From Escherichia coli (GTDB lineage: Bacteria > Pseudomonadota > Gammaproteobacteria > Enterobacterales > Enterobacteriaceae), in the NCBI RefSeq assembly GCF_045037415.1, contig NZ_CP173438.1: a stretch of 64,000 nucleotides of DNA; one strand, given 5' to 3'. A model generated the notes under the pieces. The model had not been told where the DNA came from. It searched no databases and was given only the letters and a program-made list of their open reading frames with translations. Position numbers and translations under genes: made by a program. This document shows, one piece after another, positions 22,981-35,146 of the stretch. Numbering within the stretch: position 1 is the first letter of the stretch; the number at the start of each line of letters is the position of its first letter.

Positions 22981-24567
22981 TTATTGCCCGCGCGTTAATT
23001 CCCGCGCGGGTAATTGCTCCATCCATTGCATAAACACCTGCGGCGGCATCGCCTTCGCGAAGAACCATCCCTGGCAATAGCGCACGCCGCGTTTGCGCAG
23101 CCAGTTAACCTGCGCCTCAGTTTCGACACCTTCAGCAATCGTTTTTAACCCCAGGCTGTGCGCCAGCTCGATGATGTGTTCCGCAATCAAATGACTGGTT
23201 TTGTGGGTGGTCAGCGTCTCAACAAACGATTTATCGATTTTCAAAATATCGACATTCAATGATTTAAGGTTATGCAAGTTAGAGTAGCCAATACCAAAAT
23301 CATCAATTGCCACTTCGTAACCGGCCTTGCGGAAAGCCAGAATAATCGGCGTCATTTTGTCGACATCAAGAAATGCATGTTCAGTCACTTCAAATTTAAT
23401 TTGCTGCGGGCGCACCGCATGTTGCTCTGTTTTCTGATTGGTTCGCGCTATCAACCGTGAGGTATGAAAATCGGAGGCTGACAGGTTAATAGAAACATAG
23501 CGATCGGCATGTGTTGCCAGATACGCGCCCAAATCGCGGAAGACATTATCAATAACATAATCAGTTACCTGTTCGATCATCCCCTCCTTTTCTGCCAGCG
23601 GAATAAACTCTGCCGGATTCATTACTTGCCCCTGCTCACCGGGCCAACGTAACAACGCTTCAGCGCCGATACATTTTTCTGTTTTGATATCGATTATTGG
23701 CTGGTAATAAAGGAAAAGTTGATGTTTTTCGAGGGCGCGTTGCAATTTGCGTTTGGGAGACAAATAGTTTTGTCGAATACGTAGCCAGAGTAATAGCAGA
23801 ACAAGACTCCCCAAAATACCGGCGGGCAACGCAAAAATAAGATGATTATAAAAATGGGTTATAAGACGTTGATATGAAGTCGCAACAATGGCCGCAATTG
23901 GGCGTTTTGTCGAATAAACTGTCGCATATAAATAGCCATTTCGTTGTACGGTTAAATCATTCAAACGAATCAGCGGAGAAAACGTTGCTGCCGAGGCCTC
24001 GTTGCTTAACGAGAAAAAGGTTTTCGTCACCGTATCATACACACCCCATTGCAATGTCGGATCATCAGACATCACTTCACTCCAGAAGAGAGGGTTAATG
24101 ACCGCTACATAATTCCCCCGCTGCATATAGGTCATTTTATAGCCTGAGAAAAAAGGCGTATCACGGTAATAATAGATAGAAACGTTAGGTTCACGCTTAT
24201 AATCGGCCGGTGCAATCGTATAGCCATTTACAGACGCTATCAGCGATGAGCATAAAAAATGGTTATCACGAGCATAAATCAATTCATTAATATAAAGATA
24301 GCCACGAATAATATTCAACATTCGCTTTTGATGGGCTGGAGTGCAAACTTGCCCCTGATAGCGTTCAGCTGCATCGCTCACTAAATCTGCCTGACGAATG
24401 ACCAGCTCAGATTTATCCAACGCCAGCTGAGCAAAAGTTCGGAGCTGATTATTCACTTCTGATTTTGCCCAAAAGAAGGCAATCCATAGCGACAGAATGA
24501 TGGGAAAGAGAACTAAAAAGATAATGCCCGGAAACGCCAGTAATTGGTGTCGTGCACGATGACTCAT
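22981..24567 (-). CDS. pdeC: c-di-GMP phosphodiesterase PdeC (CSS-motif sensor domain plus EAL domain)
   Basis: 528 aa from ATG 24567 ([11 protein letters not shown]). EAL motif in GAEALLRW and two TM segments. The stop lies only 2 nt from the convergent soxS stop. The hairpin cccgcgcg-N-cgcgcggg (22985-23012) lies inside its 3' end. Confidence 0.9.
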   Translation of the reverse strand: MSHRARHQLLAFPGIIFLVLFPIILSLWIAFFWAKSEVNNQLRTFAQLALDKSELVIRQADLVSDAAERYQGQVCTPAHQKRMLNIIRGYLYINELIYARDNHFLCSSLIASVNGYTIAPADYKREPNVSIYYYRDTPFFSGYKMTYMQRGNYVAVINPLFWSEVMSDDPTLQWGVYDTVTKTFFSLSNEASAATFSPLIRLNDLTVQRNGYLYATVYSTKRPIAAIVATSYQRLITHFYNHLIFALPAGILGSLVLLLLWLRIRQNYLSPKRKLQRALEKHQLFLYYQPIIDIKTEKCIGAEALLRWPGEQGQVMNPAEFIPLAEKEGMIEQVTDYVIDNVFRDLGAYLATHADRYVSINLSASDFHTSRLIARTNQKTEQHAVRPQQIKFEVTEHAFLDVDKMTPIILAFRKAGYEVAIDDFGIGYSNLHNLKSLNVDILKIDKSFVETLTTHKTSHLIAEHIIELAHSLGLKTIAEGVETEAQVNWLRKRGVRYCQGWFFAKAMPPQVFMQWMEQLPARELTRGQ

Positions 24568-24850
24568 TGCTATCAATTCCCTGCCTGTTTATACCCGGTT
24601 ATTGCAAGGTGAAACCCTGGCTACCGACGTCTTTAGATAAATCTTACGGTATAAATAGCACTTTTGCCTGATATAAAATTGAGAACCTTTTTAATCGTCA
24701 CCAGGATGACGATAATTCATTGATCTTAAAAATTAATCACCTTCAGGAATGCAGAGGCGGCGGGAAGATATACCCTTAATGCCGCTGAAAAAACACATAA
24801 TCTGTACGGCAATAAAAGTCACGGCCTAATCTGGCTAACAAACAACCAAT

Positions 24851-24866
24851 TGTGATATAGTTCACA
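24851..24866. promoter_or_regulatory. Consensus CRP box in the pdeC-yjcB divergent region
   Basis: TGTGAtatagtTCACA. Both half-sites are perfect with correct N6 spacing. Confidence 0.6.
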
Positions 24867-24996
24867 AAATTCATGAAACAAACAGAGTGTTTCATTTTTG
24901 TGTTCTGCAAGCCCCGCGATAGCCAGAGTGTATCACGCCTCCCGTGAACAACGCCGCGCTGTCCAGGGCATCAGCTCTTTTTCGAGGAATTGTTTG

Positions 24997-25278
24997 ATGG
25001 CTACCCTCACCACTGGCGTGGTTCTTCTTCGCTGGCAACTTCTTAGTGCCGTAATGATGTTTCTGGCCAGCACGCTCAACATCCGTTTTCGTCGGGCTGA
25101 TTATGTCGGGCTTGCAGTGATCAGCAGCGGTTTGGGCGTAGTTTCCGCCTGCTGGTTCGCAATGGGGTTGCTTGGCATCACAATGGCGGATATCACCGCC
25201 ATCTGGCACAACATCGAGTCGGTGATGATAGAAGAGATGAATCAGACACCGCCACAATGGCCAATGATTTTGACTTGA
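24997..25278 (+). CDS. yjcB: Small membrane protein YjcB
   Basis: 93 aa from ATG 24997 (MATLTTGVVLLRWQLLSAVMMFLAS...). The upstream extension in the ORF track has no support. Confidence 0.75.
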   Translation: MATLTTGVVLLRWQLLSAVMMFLASTLNIRFRRADYVGLAVISSGLGVVSACWFAMGLLGITMADITAIWHNIESVMIEEMNQTPPQWPMILT

Positions 25279-25284
25279 TATGTA

Positions 25285-25314
25285 GAAGCCTCCATAACGG
25301 AGGCTTCTTTTTTA
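25285..25314 (+). terminator. Intrinsic terminator after yjcB
   Basis: gaagcctcc-ataac-ggaggcttc followed by ttttttt. Confidence 0.8.
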
Positions 25315-25376
25315 TGGCTGGCAGATGCTTTAATCATCCACCTTAAAACAATATACCCTATTGTTTTAAAGACAAA

Positions 25377-25913
25377 TCAGAACGGAATATCGTCATCAAA
25401 GTCCATCGGCGGCTCGTTAGACGGCGCTGCCGGAGCGGACTGCTGCGGGCGAGACTGCGCGCCGCCGCTGAACTGATTGCCACCCTGCGGCTGCTGAGGC
25501 TGACCCCAACCGCCCTGCGGCTGACCACCACCGATATTGCCACCTGCAGGAGCGCCACCACCCTGACGACCACCCAGCATCTGCATGGTGCCGCCAACGT
25601 TCACCACGACTTCTGTGGTATAGCGATCCTGACCGGATTGATCGGTCCATTTGCGGGTACGCAGCTGACCTTCGATATAAACCTGAGAACCTTTACGCAG
25701 ATATTCGCTGGCTACTTCTGCCAGTTTGCCGAACAGCACAACGCGGTGCCATTCAGTCTGCTCTTTCATCTCGCCGGTGGCTTTATCACGCCAGGATTCG
25801 GAAGTAGCCAGCGTAATGTTGGCAACTGCGCCACCATTTGGCATGTAGCGTACTTCCGGGTCCTGACCCAGATTACCAACGAGAATAACCTTGTTTACGC
25901 CTCTGCTGGCCAT
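25377..25913 (-). CDS. ssb: Single-stranded DNA-binding protein
   Basis: 178 aa. OB-fold N-terminus [28 protein letters not shown], Gly/Gln/Pro-rich linker and acidic tip DFDDDIPF. Confidence 0.97.
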   Translation of the reverse strand: MASRGVNKVILVGNLGQDPEVRYMPNGGAVANITLATSESWRDKATGEMKEQTEWHRVVLFGKLAEVASEYLRKGSQVYIEGQLRTRKWTDQSGQDRYTTEVVVNVGGTMQMLGGRQGGGAPAGGNIGGGQPQGGWGQPQQPQGGNQFSGGAQSRPQQSAPAAPSNEPPMDFDDDIPF

Positions 25914-26066
25914 GTTCGTGTCTCCTGAAAAAAAATCGTTCTGAATAAGTGTAAACGCGCGATTGTACCATTACCAATAGCGCTTTTACTATGTTGTGAC
26001 CTCGGTTCCGGGAAACAAACCTGGCCAGACATTGTTACACAACACTCCGGGTAATGCATTCCAATA

Positions 26067-26082
26067 CTGTATATTCATTCAG
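26067..26082. promoter_or_regulatory. LexA (SOS) box shared by the divergent ssb and uvrA promoters
   Basis: taCTGTATATTCATTCAGgt matches CTG-N10-CAG with an AT-rich core. Confidence 0.85.
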
Positions 26083-26167
26083 GTTAATTTGTGTCATAAT
26101 TAACCGTTTGTGATCGCCGGTAGCACCATGCCACCGGGCAAAAAAGCGTTTAATCCGGGAAAGGTGA

Positions 26168-28990
26168 ATGGATAAGATCGAAGTTCGGGGCGCCCGCACC
26201 CATAATCTCAAAAACATCAACCTCGTTATCCCCCGCGACAAGCTCATTGTCGTGACCGGGCTTTCGGGTTCTGGCAAATCCTCGCTCGCTTTCGACACCT
26301 TATATGCCGAAGGGCAGCGCCGTTACGTTGAATCCCTTTCCGCCTACGCGCGGCAGTTTCTGTCACTGATGGAGAAGCCGGACGTCGACCATATTGAGGG
26401 GCTTTCTCCTGCCATCTCAATTGAGCAGAAATCGACGTCTCATAACCCGCGCTCTACGGTGGGGACAATCACCGAAATCCACGACTATTTGCGTCTGCTG
26501 TACGCTCGCGTTGGTGAGCCGCGCTGCCCGGACCACGATGTACCGCTGGCGGCGCAAACCGTCAGTCAGATGGTGGATAACGTGTTGTCCCAGCCGGACG
26601 GCAAGCGTCTGATGCTGCTCGCGCCAATCATTAAAGAGCGCAAAGGCGAACACACCAAAACGCTGGAGAACCTGGCAAGCCAGGGTTACATCCGTGCTCG
26701 TATTGATGGCGAAGTCTGCGATCTTTCCGATCCGCCGAAACTGGAACTGCAAAAGAAACATACCATTGAAGTGGTGGTTGATCGCTTCAAAGTGCGTGAC
26801 GATCTTACCCAACGTCTTGCCGAGTCGTTTGAAACCGCGCTGGAGCTTTCCGGTGGTACCGCGGTAGTGGCGGATATGGACGACCCGAAAGCGGAAGAGC
26901 TGCTGTTCTCCGCCAACTTTGCCTGCCCGATTTGCGGTTACAGTATGCGCGAGCTGGAACCTCGCCTGTTTTCATTTAACAACCCGGCGGGAGCCTGCCC
27001 GACCTGTGACGGACTTGGCGTACAGCAATATTTCGATCCTGACCGCGTGATCCAGAATCCGGAATTATCGCTGGCTGGCGGTGCGATCCGTGGCTGGGAT
27101 CGCCGCAACTTCTATTATTTCCAGATGCTGAAATCGCTGGCAGATCACTATAAGTTCGACGTCGAAGCGCCGTGGGGCAGCCTGAGCGCGAACGTGCATA
27201 AAGTGGTGTTGTACGGTTCTGGCAAAGAAAATATTGAATTCAAATACATGAACGATCGTGGCGATACCTCCATTCGTCGTCATCCGTTCGAAGGCGTGCT
27301 GCACAATATGGAGCGCCGTTATAAAGAGACGGAATCCAGCGCGGTACGTGAAGAATTAGCCAAGTTTATCAGCAATCGTCCGTGCGCCAGCTGCGAAGGA
27401 ACCCGTCTGCGTCGGGAAGCACGCCACGTGTATGTCGAGAATACGCCGCTGCCCGCCATCTCCGACATGAGCATCGGTCATGCGATGGAATTCTTCAACA
27501 ATCTCAAACTCGCAGGTCAGCGGGCGAAGATTGCAGAAAAAATCCTTAAAGAGATCGGCGATCGTCTGAAATTCCTCGTTAACGTCGGCCTGAATTACCT
27601 GACACTTTCCCGCTCAGCAGAGACACTTTCCGGCGGTGAAGCCCAGCGTATTCGTCTGGCGAGCCAGATTGGTGCAGGCCTGGTTGGCGTGATGTACGTG
27701 CTGGATGAGCCGTCTATCGGCCTGCACCAGCGCGATAACGAGCGCCTGCTGGGTACGCTTATCCATCTGCGCGATCTCGGTAATACCGTGATTGTGGTGG
27801 AGCACGACGAAGACGCGATTCGCGCCGCTGATCATGTGATCGATATCGGTCCGGGTGCGGGTGTTCACGGCGGTGAAGTCGTCGCGGAAGGTCCGCTGGA
27901 AGCAATAATGGCGGTGCCTGAGTCGTTGACCGGGCAGTACATGAGCGGTAAACGCAAGATTGAGGTGCCGAAGAAACGCGTTCCGGCAAATCCGGAAAAA
28001 GTGCTGAAACTGACGGGCGCACGCGGCAACAACCTGAAAGACGTGACGCTGACGCTGCCGGTGGGTCTGTTTACCTGCATTACCGGAGTTTCAGGTTCCG
28101 GTAAATCAACGCTGATTAACGACACACTGTTCCCAATTGCCCAACGCCAGTTGAATGGTGCGACCATCGCCGAACCAGCACCGTATCGCGATATTCAGGG
28201 GCTGGAGCATTTCGATAAAGTGATCGATATCGACCAAAGCCCAATTGGTCGTACTCCGCGTTCTAACCCGGCGACCTATACCGGCGTGTTTACGCCTGTG
28301 CGCGAACTGTTTGCGGGCGTACCGGAATCCCGTGCGCGTGGTTATACGCCAGGACGTTTCAGCTTTAACGTTCGCGGCGGACGCTGCGAAGCCTGTCAGG
28401 GCGACGGCGTGATCAAAGTGGAGATGCACTTCCTGCCGGACATTTACGTACCGTGCGACCAGTGCAAAGGCAAACGCTATAACCGTGAAACGCTGGAGAT
28501 TAAGTACAAAGGCAAAACCATCCACGAAGTGCTGGATATGACCATCGAAGAGGCGCGTGAGTTCTTTGATGCGGTGCCAGCTCTGGCACGTAAGCTGCAA
28601 ACATTGATGGACGTTGGTCTGACGTATATTCGTCTGGGTCAGTCCGCAACCACACTTTCTGGTGGTGAAGCCCAGCGCGTGAAGCTGGCGCGTGAGCTGT
28701 CAAAACGCGGCACCGGGCAGACGCTGTATATTCTCGACGAGCCGACCACCGGTCTGCACTTCGCCGATATTCAGCAACTGCTCGACGTACTGCATAAACT
28801 GCGCGATCAGGGCAATACCATTGTGGTAATTGAGCACAATCTCGACGTGATCAAAACCGCTGACTGGATTGTCGACCTGGGACCAGAAGGCGGCAGTGGG
28901 GGCGGCGAAATCCTCGTCTCCGGTACGCCAGAAACCGTCGCAGAGTGCGAAGCTTCGCATACGGCGCGCTTCCTCAAGCCGATGCTGTAA
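26168..28990 (+). CDS. uvrA: Excinuclease ABC subunit A
   Basis: 940 aa with two ABC ATPase modules ([18 protein letters not shown]) and zinc-finger cysteines. Confidence 0.97.
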   Translation: MDKIEVRGARTHNLKNINLVIPRDKLIVVTGLSGSGKSSLAFDTLYAEGQRRYVESLSAYARQFLSLMEKPDVDHIEGLSPAISIEQKSTSHNPRSTVGTITEIHDYLRLLYARVGEPRCPDHDVPLAAQTVSQMVDNVLSQPDGKRLMLLAPIIKERKGEHTKTLENLASQGYIRARIDGEVCDLSDPPKLELQKKHTIEVVVDRFKVRDDLTQRLAESFETALELSGGTAVVADMDDPKAEELLFSANFACPICGYSMRELEPRLFSFNNPAGACPTCDGLGVQQYFDPDRVIQNPELSLAGGAIRGWDRRNFYYFQMLKSLADHYKFDVEAPWGSLSANVHKVVLYGSGKENIEFKYMNDRGDTSIRRHPFEGVLHNMERRYKETESSAVREELAKFISNRPCASCEGTRLRREARHVYVENTPLPAISDMSIGHAMEFFNNLKLAGQRAKIAEKILKEIGDRLKFLVNVGLNYLTLSRSAETLSGGEAQRIRLASQIGAGLVGVMYVLDEPSIGLHQRDNERLLGTLIHLRDLGNTVIVVEHDEDAIRAADHVIDIGPGAGVHGGEVVAEGPLEAIMAVPESLTGQYMSGKRKIEVPKKRVPANPEKVLKLTGARGNNLKDVTLTLPVGLFTCITGVSGSGKSTLINDTLFPIAQRQLNGATIAEPAPYRDIQGLEHFDKVIDIDQSPIGRTPRSNPATYTGVFTPVRELFAGVPESRARGYTPGRFSFNVRGGRCEACQGDGVIKVEMHFLPDIYVPCDQCKGKRYNRETLEIKYKGKTIHEVLDMTIEEAREFFDAVPALARKLQTLMDVGLTYIRLGQSATTLSGGEAQRVKLARELSKRGTGQTLYILDEPTTGLHFADIQQLLDVLHKLRDQGNTIVVIEHNLDVIKTADWIVDLGPEGGSGGGEILVSGTPETVAECEASHTARFLKPML

Positions 28991-28995
28991 TCGTT

Positions 28996-29026
28996 AAGGC
29001 CGCTTTCTGAGCGGCCTTCTTCTTTC
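28996..29026. terminator. Terminator between convergent uvrA and yjbR
   Basis: aaggccgc-tttctga-gcggcctt followed by cttctttc. Confidence 0.7.
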
Positions 29027-29381
29027 AGAGTTGCACCAGCAATTTACGTTTTTCTTCCGGCAGCAAATTCACCGCCTGCTGATAAGACGCATCCACCAGA
29101 TAATAGATTTGCGAATCCGGCAGCGATCCGTCGAGATACACGGTGCTCCAGTGTGCTTTGTTCAGATGGCGGCTTGGACGCACATCGCTGTGCTGCTGAC
29201 GTAGCAGCTCCGCCAGCTCCGGGCTGGTTTTCAGCGAAACAGCTGGGCGATTTTCTACTTCTTTCACCATCGCAAACAGCACATCTTCCACTTTGATCTG
29301 CGTCGCTTTCCAGTCGTTATGCACGCTCTGTTCTGCGCCTGGTTTTGCCATGCAATATTGTAGCAACTCCAAAATGGTCAT
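29025..29381 (-). CDS. yjbR: YjbR (MmcQ/YjbR-family protein)
   Basis: 118-aa ORF with K-12 length and position. Confidence 0.85.
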   Translation of the reverse strand: MTILELLQYCMAKPGAEQSVHNDWKATQIKVEDVLFAMVKEVENRPAVSLKTSPELAELLRQQHSDVRPSRHLNKAHWSTVYLDGSLPDSQIYYLVDASYQQAVNLLPEEKRKLLVQL

Positions 29382-29384
29382 TTT

Positions 29385-29801
29385 TTACTCCCCTTGAAGT
29401 GTCGCGATGATGCGACGCGATCCGCCGTGGATGCGATGTTCCCCCAGCCAGATGCCTTGCCAGGTGCCGGTCTGAATACGCCCTTTATGCACCGGCAATA
29501 CAAGCGATGTTCCCAGCATTGAGGATTTGATATGAGAAGGCATATCGTCTGCTCCCTCATAGTCATGCTCATAATTTCCGTTGTCGGGAACGGCGCGGAG
29601 GAAAAAACGCTCCATGTCGTGGCGTACGGTGGGATCGCAGTTCTCATTAAGTGTCAGAGAGGCGGAGGTATGTTGCAGCAACAGATGCAGTAAACCGATG
29701 TTAACGCGCGGCATATCAGCCAGCTGATTCAGAATTTCATCCGTTACCAGATGAAACCCACGAGATTTGGCGCTAAGCGTGAGCGTCTTTTGATACCACA
29801 T
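29385..29801 (-). CDS. yjbQ: YjbQ (UPF0047 family)
   Basis: 138-aa ORF ([23 protein letters not shown]...). Confidence 0.85.
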   Translation of the reverse strand: MWYQKTLTLSAKSRGFHLVTDEILNQLADMPRVNIGLLHLLLQHTSASLTLNENCDPTVRHDMERFFLRAVPDNGNYEHDYEGADDMPSHIKSSMLGTSLVLPVHKGRIQTGTWQGIWLGEHRIHGGSRRIIATLQGE

Positions 29802-29911
29802 GTGCTGCTCCTTGATAAAACTCTCTTAATCAGTTTGCAGCAAGACAGCGAAAGGATAAAGGTGTGATTAAAAAAACAGCATTCGGGAGAGTATTACGCT
29901 CTCCCGCTCTG

Positions 29912-30721
<810 letters not shown>

Positions 30722-30901
30722 TTATCTGCGGATTTGTCACATAAAAAGAGCATGATCACATTTGGAATACCTGTGCGATAAACCACACATTGCCACGGTT
30801 ATTCTGCTTACACATTCACACAATGGCACTCTTTTGGTTCTCGCAAACATTGTTCAGGGAATATACTGATGATAAATATAAATGCATTCAATGGATGATG
30901 A

Positions 30902-32722
30902 ATGAAAATATCGTGGAATTATATATTTAAGAACAAATGGCGATTTCACATTACAAGCATTTCACTTTTTCTTATCATGCTCGCGGTTTCAATCGCTTTT
31001 TTGCACTTGCGTTTTAATACCTTGTCCGGTACCGATAAAATGCGGCTTGAAATGTATAAGTCCACATTATATTCCACCATCGAGCAATTTTATGTTTTAC
31101 CCTATATGCTCTCAACAGACCATATCATCCGTCAGGCGGTAATTACGCCTGACGATATGACGTCCAGCGAACTCAATCAACGAATTGCACATTTCAATAC
31201 TCAACTCAAAACCGCAGCAATATTTATTCTGGATACCCAAGGTAAGGCCATCGCTTCTAGTAACTGGCAGGACCCCGGCAGCTATGTAGGGCAAAATTAT
31301 AGCTATCGCCCCTATTATAAACACGCCATGTCTGGCTTAAATGGACGCTTTTACGGTATTGGTAGCACTACGAATACACCGGGATTCTTCCTCTCTACAA
31401 GTATAAAAGATAAAGGAAAAATTGTCGGTGTTGTAGTAGTAAAAATAAGTCTTAATGAAATTGAAAAAGCATGGGCCGAAGGTCCTGAAAATATTATCGT
31501 GAATGATGAACATGGGATTATATTTTTAAGTTCAAAATCGCCATGGCGAATGCGAACACTGCAACCGTTACCTGTTCAGGCAAAACAAAAACTACAATCT
31601 ACCCGCCAATATAGTCTCGACAATCTTTTACCGGCGGATTATTATCCCTGTTATACCGTGAGCAATTTTACTTTCCTGAAAGATAAAAAAGAACAACTCT
31701 GTTTATTCCCGCAATATTATACGCAACAAATAGCCATTCCAGAATTTAACTGGAAAATGACAATTATGGTCCCCTTAGATAACCTGTACTGGTCATGGGC
31801 TATTTCGTTAGTCATTACACTAATTATTTACCTGCTGTTTTTGTTATTTATTAAATACTGGAGAATGCGATCTCATGCACAACAATTATTAACACTGGCG
31901 AATGAAACATTAGAAAAACAGGTTAAAGAGCGTACATCTGCCCTGGAATTGATCAATCAAAAATTAATACAGGAGATAAAAGAGCGCAGTCAGGCTGAAC
32001 AAGTATTACAAATTACGCGTAGTGAACTGGCAGAGTCCAGCAAACTGGCGGCGCTTGGACAGATGGCAACCGAAATTGCCCATGAACAAAATCAACCGTT
32101 AGCCGCCATTCACGCACTTACTGATAACGCGCGTACTATGCTAAAAAAAGAGATGTATCCACAGGTTGAACAGAATCTGAAACACATTATTTCCGTGATT
32201 GAGCGGATGACGCAGCTCATTTCCGAACTTAAAGCATTTGCCTCGCGCCATCGCGTACCTAAAGGTTCTGCCGATGTCATCAAAGTGATGTATAGCGCCG
32301 TGGCGTTACTTAATCACAGCATGGAGAAAAATAACATTGAGCGACGAATAAAAGCCCCATCCATGCCGTTATTTGTCAATTGCGATGAACTCGGTCTTGA
32401 ACAGATATTCAGTAATTTAATTAGCAACGCCTTAGATTCTATGGAAGGTAGCTCTTACAAACGACTGGATATCGCCATTCGCCAGGCAAATAACAAAGTT
32501 ATTATTACCATTAAAGACAGCGGTGGCGGTTTTGCACCTGAAGTTGTCGATCGCATATTTGAACCATTTTTTACCACTAAACGTAGAGGAATGGGGTTGG
32601 GACTGGCAATAGTCAGCGAAATTGTCCGAAATTCGAACGGCGCACTCCACGCCAGTAATCATCCTGAAGGCGGCGCAGTAATGACATTAACCTGGCCTGA
32701 ATGGGGAGAAAAACATGAATAA
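30902..32722 (+). CDS. kguS: DctB-like sensor histidine kinase (periplasmic sensor domain, HisKA, HATPase_c). Matches the UPEC alpha-ketoglutarate sensor KguS as I recall it.
   Basis: 606 aa with two TM segments flanking a periplasmic domain of about 260 aa. H-box EIAHEQNQPLAAI; N/G boxes NLISNALDSM and DSGGGF. 8-nt overlap with the regulator gene. Confidence 0.75.
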   Translation: MKISWNYIFKNKWRFHITSISLFLIMLAVSIAFLHLRFNTLSGTDKMRLEMYKSTLYSTIEQFYVLPYMLSTDHIIRQAVITPDDMTSSELNQRIAHFNTQLKTAAIFILDTQGKAIASSNWQDPGSYVGQNYSYRPYYKHAMSGLNGRFYGIGSTTNTPGFFLSTSIKDKGKIVGVVVVKISLNEIEKAWAEGPENIIVNDEHGIIFLSSKSPWRMRTLQPLPVQAKQKLQSTRQYSLDNLLPADYYPCYTVSNFTFLKDKKEQLCLFPQYYTQQIAIPEFNWKMTIMVPLDNLYWSWAISLVITLIIYLLFLLFIKYWRMRSHAQQLLTLANETLEKQVKERTSALELINQKLIQEIKERSQAEQVLQITRSELAESSKLAALGQMATEIAHEQNQPLAAIHALTDNARTMLKKEMYPQVEQNLKHIISVIERMTQLISELKAFASRHRVPKGSADVIKVMYSAVALLNHSMEKNNIERRIKAPSMPLFVNCDELGLEQIFSNLISNALDSMEGSSYKRLDIAIRQANNKVIITIKDSGGGFAPEVVDRIFEPFFTTKRRGMGLGLAIVSEIVRNSNGALHASNHPEGGAVMTLTWPEWGEKHE

Positions 32723-34073
32723 TAAATTCAGTGAAATTACTATAGTTTATATTGAGGATAGTGACGATGTACGTTTTGCCTGTGAACAAACGCTCACGCT
32801 GGCTGGTTATCGCGTTATTTCCTGTTGCGATGCAGAACACAGTATTCCCCTTATTCAAAGTCAGGCCAACATTATTATACTGACCGATGTCAGGTTACCT
32901 GGAATATCAGGACTAGAGCTCCTCAGTTACATCAACGAAATGGATAGCAAAATTCCGGTTATTTTAATTACCGGACACGGTGACGTGGAAATGGCGGTGG
33001 ATGCCATGCGTAATGGTGCATTCGATTTCATTGAGAAACCAAGTAGCTCAGATAAATTATTGAGTATTATTGCCAGAGCGGTAGAAAAACGGCGATTGGT
33101 TTTAGAAAATCAGCAATTACTGGCGAATCTGCAACAGGAAAATGGCCCGGTGCTGATTGGTCGTAGTCCGCAGATGCAGCAACTGCGTAAAATGATCCTT
33201 AATGTCGCAGATACCGGTGCCGATGTCCTTATTTATGGTGAAACAGGTTGTGGTAAAGAAGTCGTCGCCAGAATGCTGCATCACTGGAGTACCCGCCGTC
33301 AGGGGCAGTTTGTTGCCTTAAACTGTGCAGGCTTACCAGAAACGTTGTTTGAAAGCGAAATATTTGGTCATGAGGCGGGCGCATTTACCGGTGCGGTTAA
33401 AAAGCGTATTGGAAAAATTGAACATGCAAATGGTGGTACGTTATTTCTCGATGAAATAGAGGGAATGCCATCAGGAATGCAGGTAAAACTGCTACGTGTA
33501 TTGCAGGAAAGAACCATTGAACGATTAGGTGCCAATCAATTAATTCCGGTGAATTGCCGTGTTATTGCAGCGACCAAGGAAGATTTACTGCGTCGCAGCG
33601 AAGAACATCTGTTTCGTCTCGATCTCTATTATCGTCTGAATGTGGTTAGCCTGAATATTCCACCTCTACGCCAGCGACGAGAAGATATCCCTGAACTGTT
33701 TTACTGGTTCGCCAGTCAGGCGGCACAAAAATATAATCGTCCTCTGCCTGATATTTCTCCCATGTTACTGGCCTGGTTGCAGTCACAAAGTTGGCCTGGC
33801 AATGTACGTGAACTTAAACACAATGCAGAGCGTTTTGTTCTCGGTTTACTGACCCACCACCAGCCAGTGCCAATGACTCAGCAAGAAGAGAGTGGTCTTA
33901 CCGCCTGCATTGATGCTTTCGAGAAAAAGTTAATCGAAGATATGCTGCGACAAACGGAAGGCCAGGTCAGTTTGACAGCGCGGCTATTACAGCTGCCGCG
34001 CAAGACTTTATATGACAAACTCAACAAACATCAGATTCAACCGCAAGTTTATCGACCAGAATCATCCAGCTAA
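32715..34073 (+). CDS. kguR: Sigma54-dependent response regulator (REC, AAA+, Fis-HTH), DctD/NtrC-like. KguR as I recall it.
   Basis: 452 aa. Receiver Asp in LTDVRLPGISG, Walker A GETGCGKE, the sigma54-contact motif GAFTGA, and a C-terminal HTH. Confidence 0.8.
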   Translation: MNNKFSEITIVYIEDSDDVRFACEQTLTLAGYRVISCCDAEHSIPLIQSQANIIILTDVRLPGISGLELLSYINEMDSKIPVILITGHGDVEMAVDAMRNGAFDFIEKPSSSDKLLSIIARAVEKRRLVLENQQLLANLQQENGPVLIGRSPQMQQLRKMILNVADTGADVLIYGETGCGKEVVARMLHHWSTRRQGQFVALNCAGLPETLFESEIFGHEAGAFTGAVKKRIGKIEHANGGTLFLDEIEGMPSGMQVKLLRVLQERTIERLGANQLIPVNCRVIAATKEDLLRRSEEHLFRLDLYYRLNVVSLNIPPLRQRREDIPELFYWFASQAAQKYNRPLPDISPMLLAWLQSQSWPGNVRELKHNAERFVLGLLTHHQPVPMTQQEESGLTACIDAFEKKLIEDMLRQTEGQVSLTARLLQLPRKTLYDKLNKHQIQPQVYRPESSS

Positions 34074-35135
34074 TGCTGATTCCTGAGGATGTAACCCCAA
34101 ATCGATACCTTTGCGGGCGTAATGTTCAACTACCCAGGACCAGAATGATACCGGGATCGTAATCATCTTCGCATTGCGTTCCCGGTTGGCAGCTTCTGGC
34201 ATACCGGGGTAAATCACCGGATTGCCGCCAGGTTGAGGCTGCGTAGCTAACAGATAATCCGCAAAGAACTGCCCTTTCTCCCCTGCCAGATCGGTGAATT
34301 GATCAGGATCGATAATCAACGCAAAAAGATGATTATGCGCAGATCCATCCGTCTGATGATCTTCGGCGATCGTGTCACCACCAGATAAGATCCCCGCCAT
34401 CATTTCAATCATCAGTGCCAGGCCAAATCCTTTATGCTCACCAAATGGCAGTAACGCCCCTGGAGGATTGCTGAATAACACCCCAGGATCATTGCTTGGA
34501 TTCCCCTGTGCATCAATCAATTGTCCCGGCGCGGCCTGCTTCCCGGTGGACGACATTACCCGTGCTTTATTTAGCGCCATGCTACTGGTGGCAAAATCAA
34601 CCAGAATCGGCGGACGCCCATCACTGAACGGCCAGGCAAAGCAGAAAGGGTTAGTGGTCATACGCGGTTCCGCACCGCCCCACGGGGCGACCAGTGCAGG
34701 ACGCCCGGTGACGTTACTCATGGCCAGCATCGCCAGGCCTTGATCAGCAACCATTTGCCCGTAATGCCCCATACGCCCTAAATGATGCGCATGGCACAAC
34801 GTTAACAGGCAAAAACCGCGGTGTTTTGTTTGTTCGATGGCAGCATTTACCGCCACTTTTCCGGCGTGTTGACCAAAGCCATTGTGGGCATGAAAACGCT
34901 GTAAATTACCTTCACTTGTTAAGCATTCCGGGCGGGCATTCGCGGTTACATCGCCACGAGCGATATTTTCCAGATATTTCGGTAGCAGCGTGACGCCGTG
35001 GCTGGCAAAGCCATAACGTTCCGCTTCAATCATATGTTCCGCCACATCCTGAGCGATATCGGCATCACAGCCATTAAGTTCCAGCAGCCCGGCAGCTAAC
35101 CAACGCACTTTTTCAACAGCAATTTGTAATGACAT
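34062..35135 (-). CDS. Ldh_2-family (malate/L-lactate/sulfolactate-type) NAD(P)-dependent 2-hydroxyacid dehydrogenase
   Basis: 357 aa from ATG 35135 (MSLQIAVEKVRWLAAGLLE...) with an SD gaggaaa. Family resemblance to AllD/DlgD/YlbC (..GFASHGV.., ..HAHHLGRMG.., ..PFGEHKGFGLALM..). The longer track ORF overlaps the transporter gene. Confidence 0.75.
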   Translation of the reverse strand: MSLQIAVEKVRWLAAGLLELNGCDADIAQDVAEHMIEAERYGFASHGVTLLPKYLENIARGDVTANARPECLTSEGNLQRFHAHNGFGQHAGKVAVNAAIEQTKHRGFCLLTLCHAHHLGRMGHYGQMVADQGLAMLAMSNVTGRPALVAPWGGAEPRMTTNPFCFAWPFSDGRPPILVDFATSSMALNKARVMSSTGKQAAPGQLIDAQGNPSNDPGVLFSNPPGALLPFGEHKGFGLALMIEMMAGILSGGDTIAEDHQTDGSAHNHLFALIIDPDQFTDLAGEKGQFFADYLLATQPQPGGNPVIYPGMPEAANRERNAKMITIPVSFWSWVVEHYARKGIDLGLHPQESALAG

Positions 35136-35146
35136 CGTTGGTTTCC

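Noticed and set aside
25358-25650. Two extra ORFs (79 aa and 77 aa) in alternative frames of the ssb 3' half.
   Set aside because: They arise from the repetitive Gly/Gln/Pro-rich linker coding sequence of ssb. They have low-complexity Arg/Ser/Trp-rich products and no independent signals.
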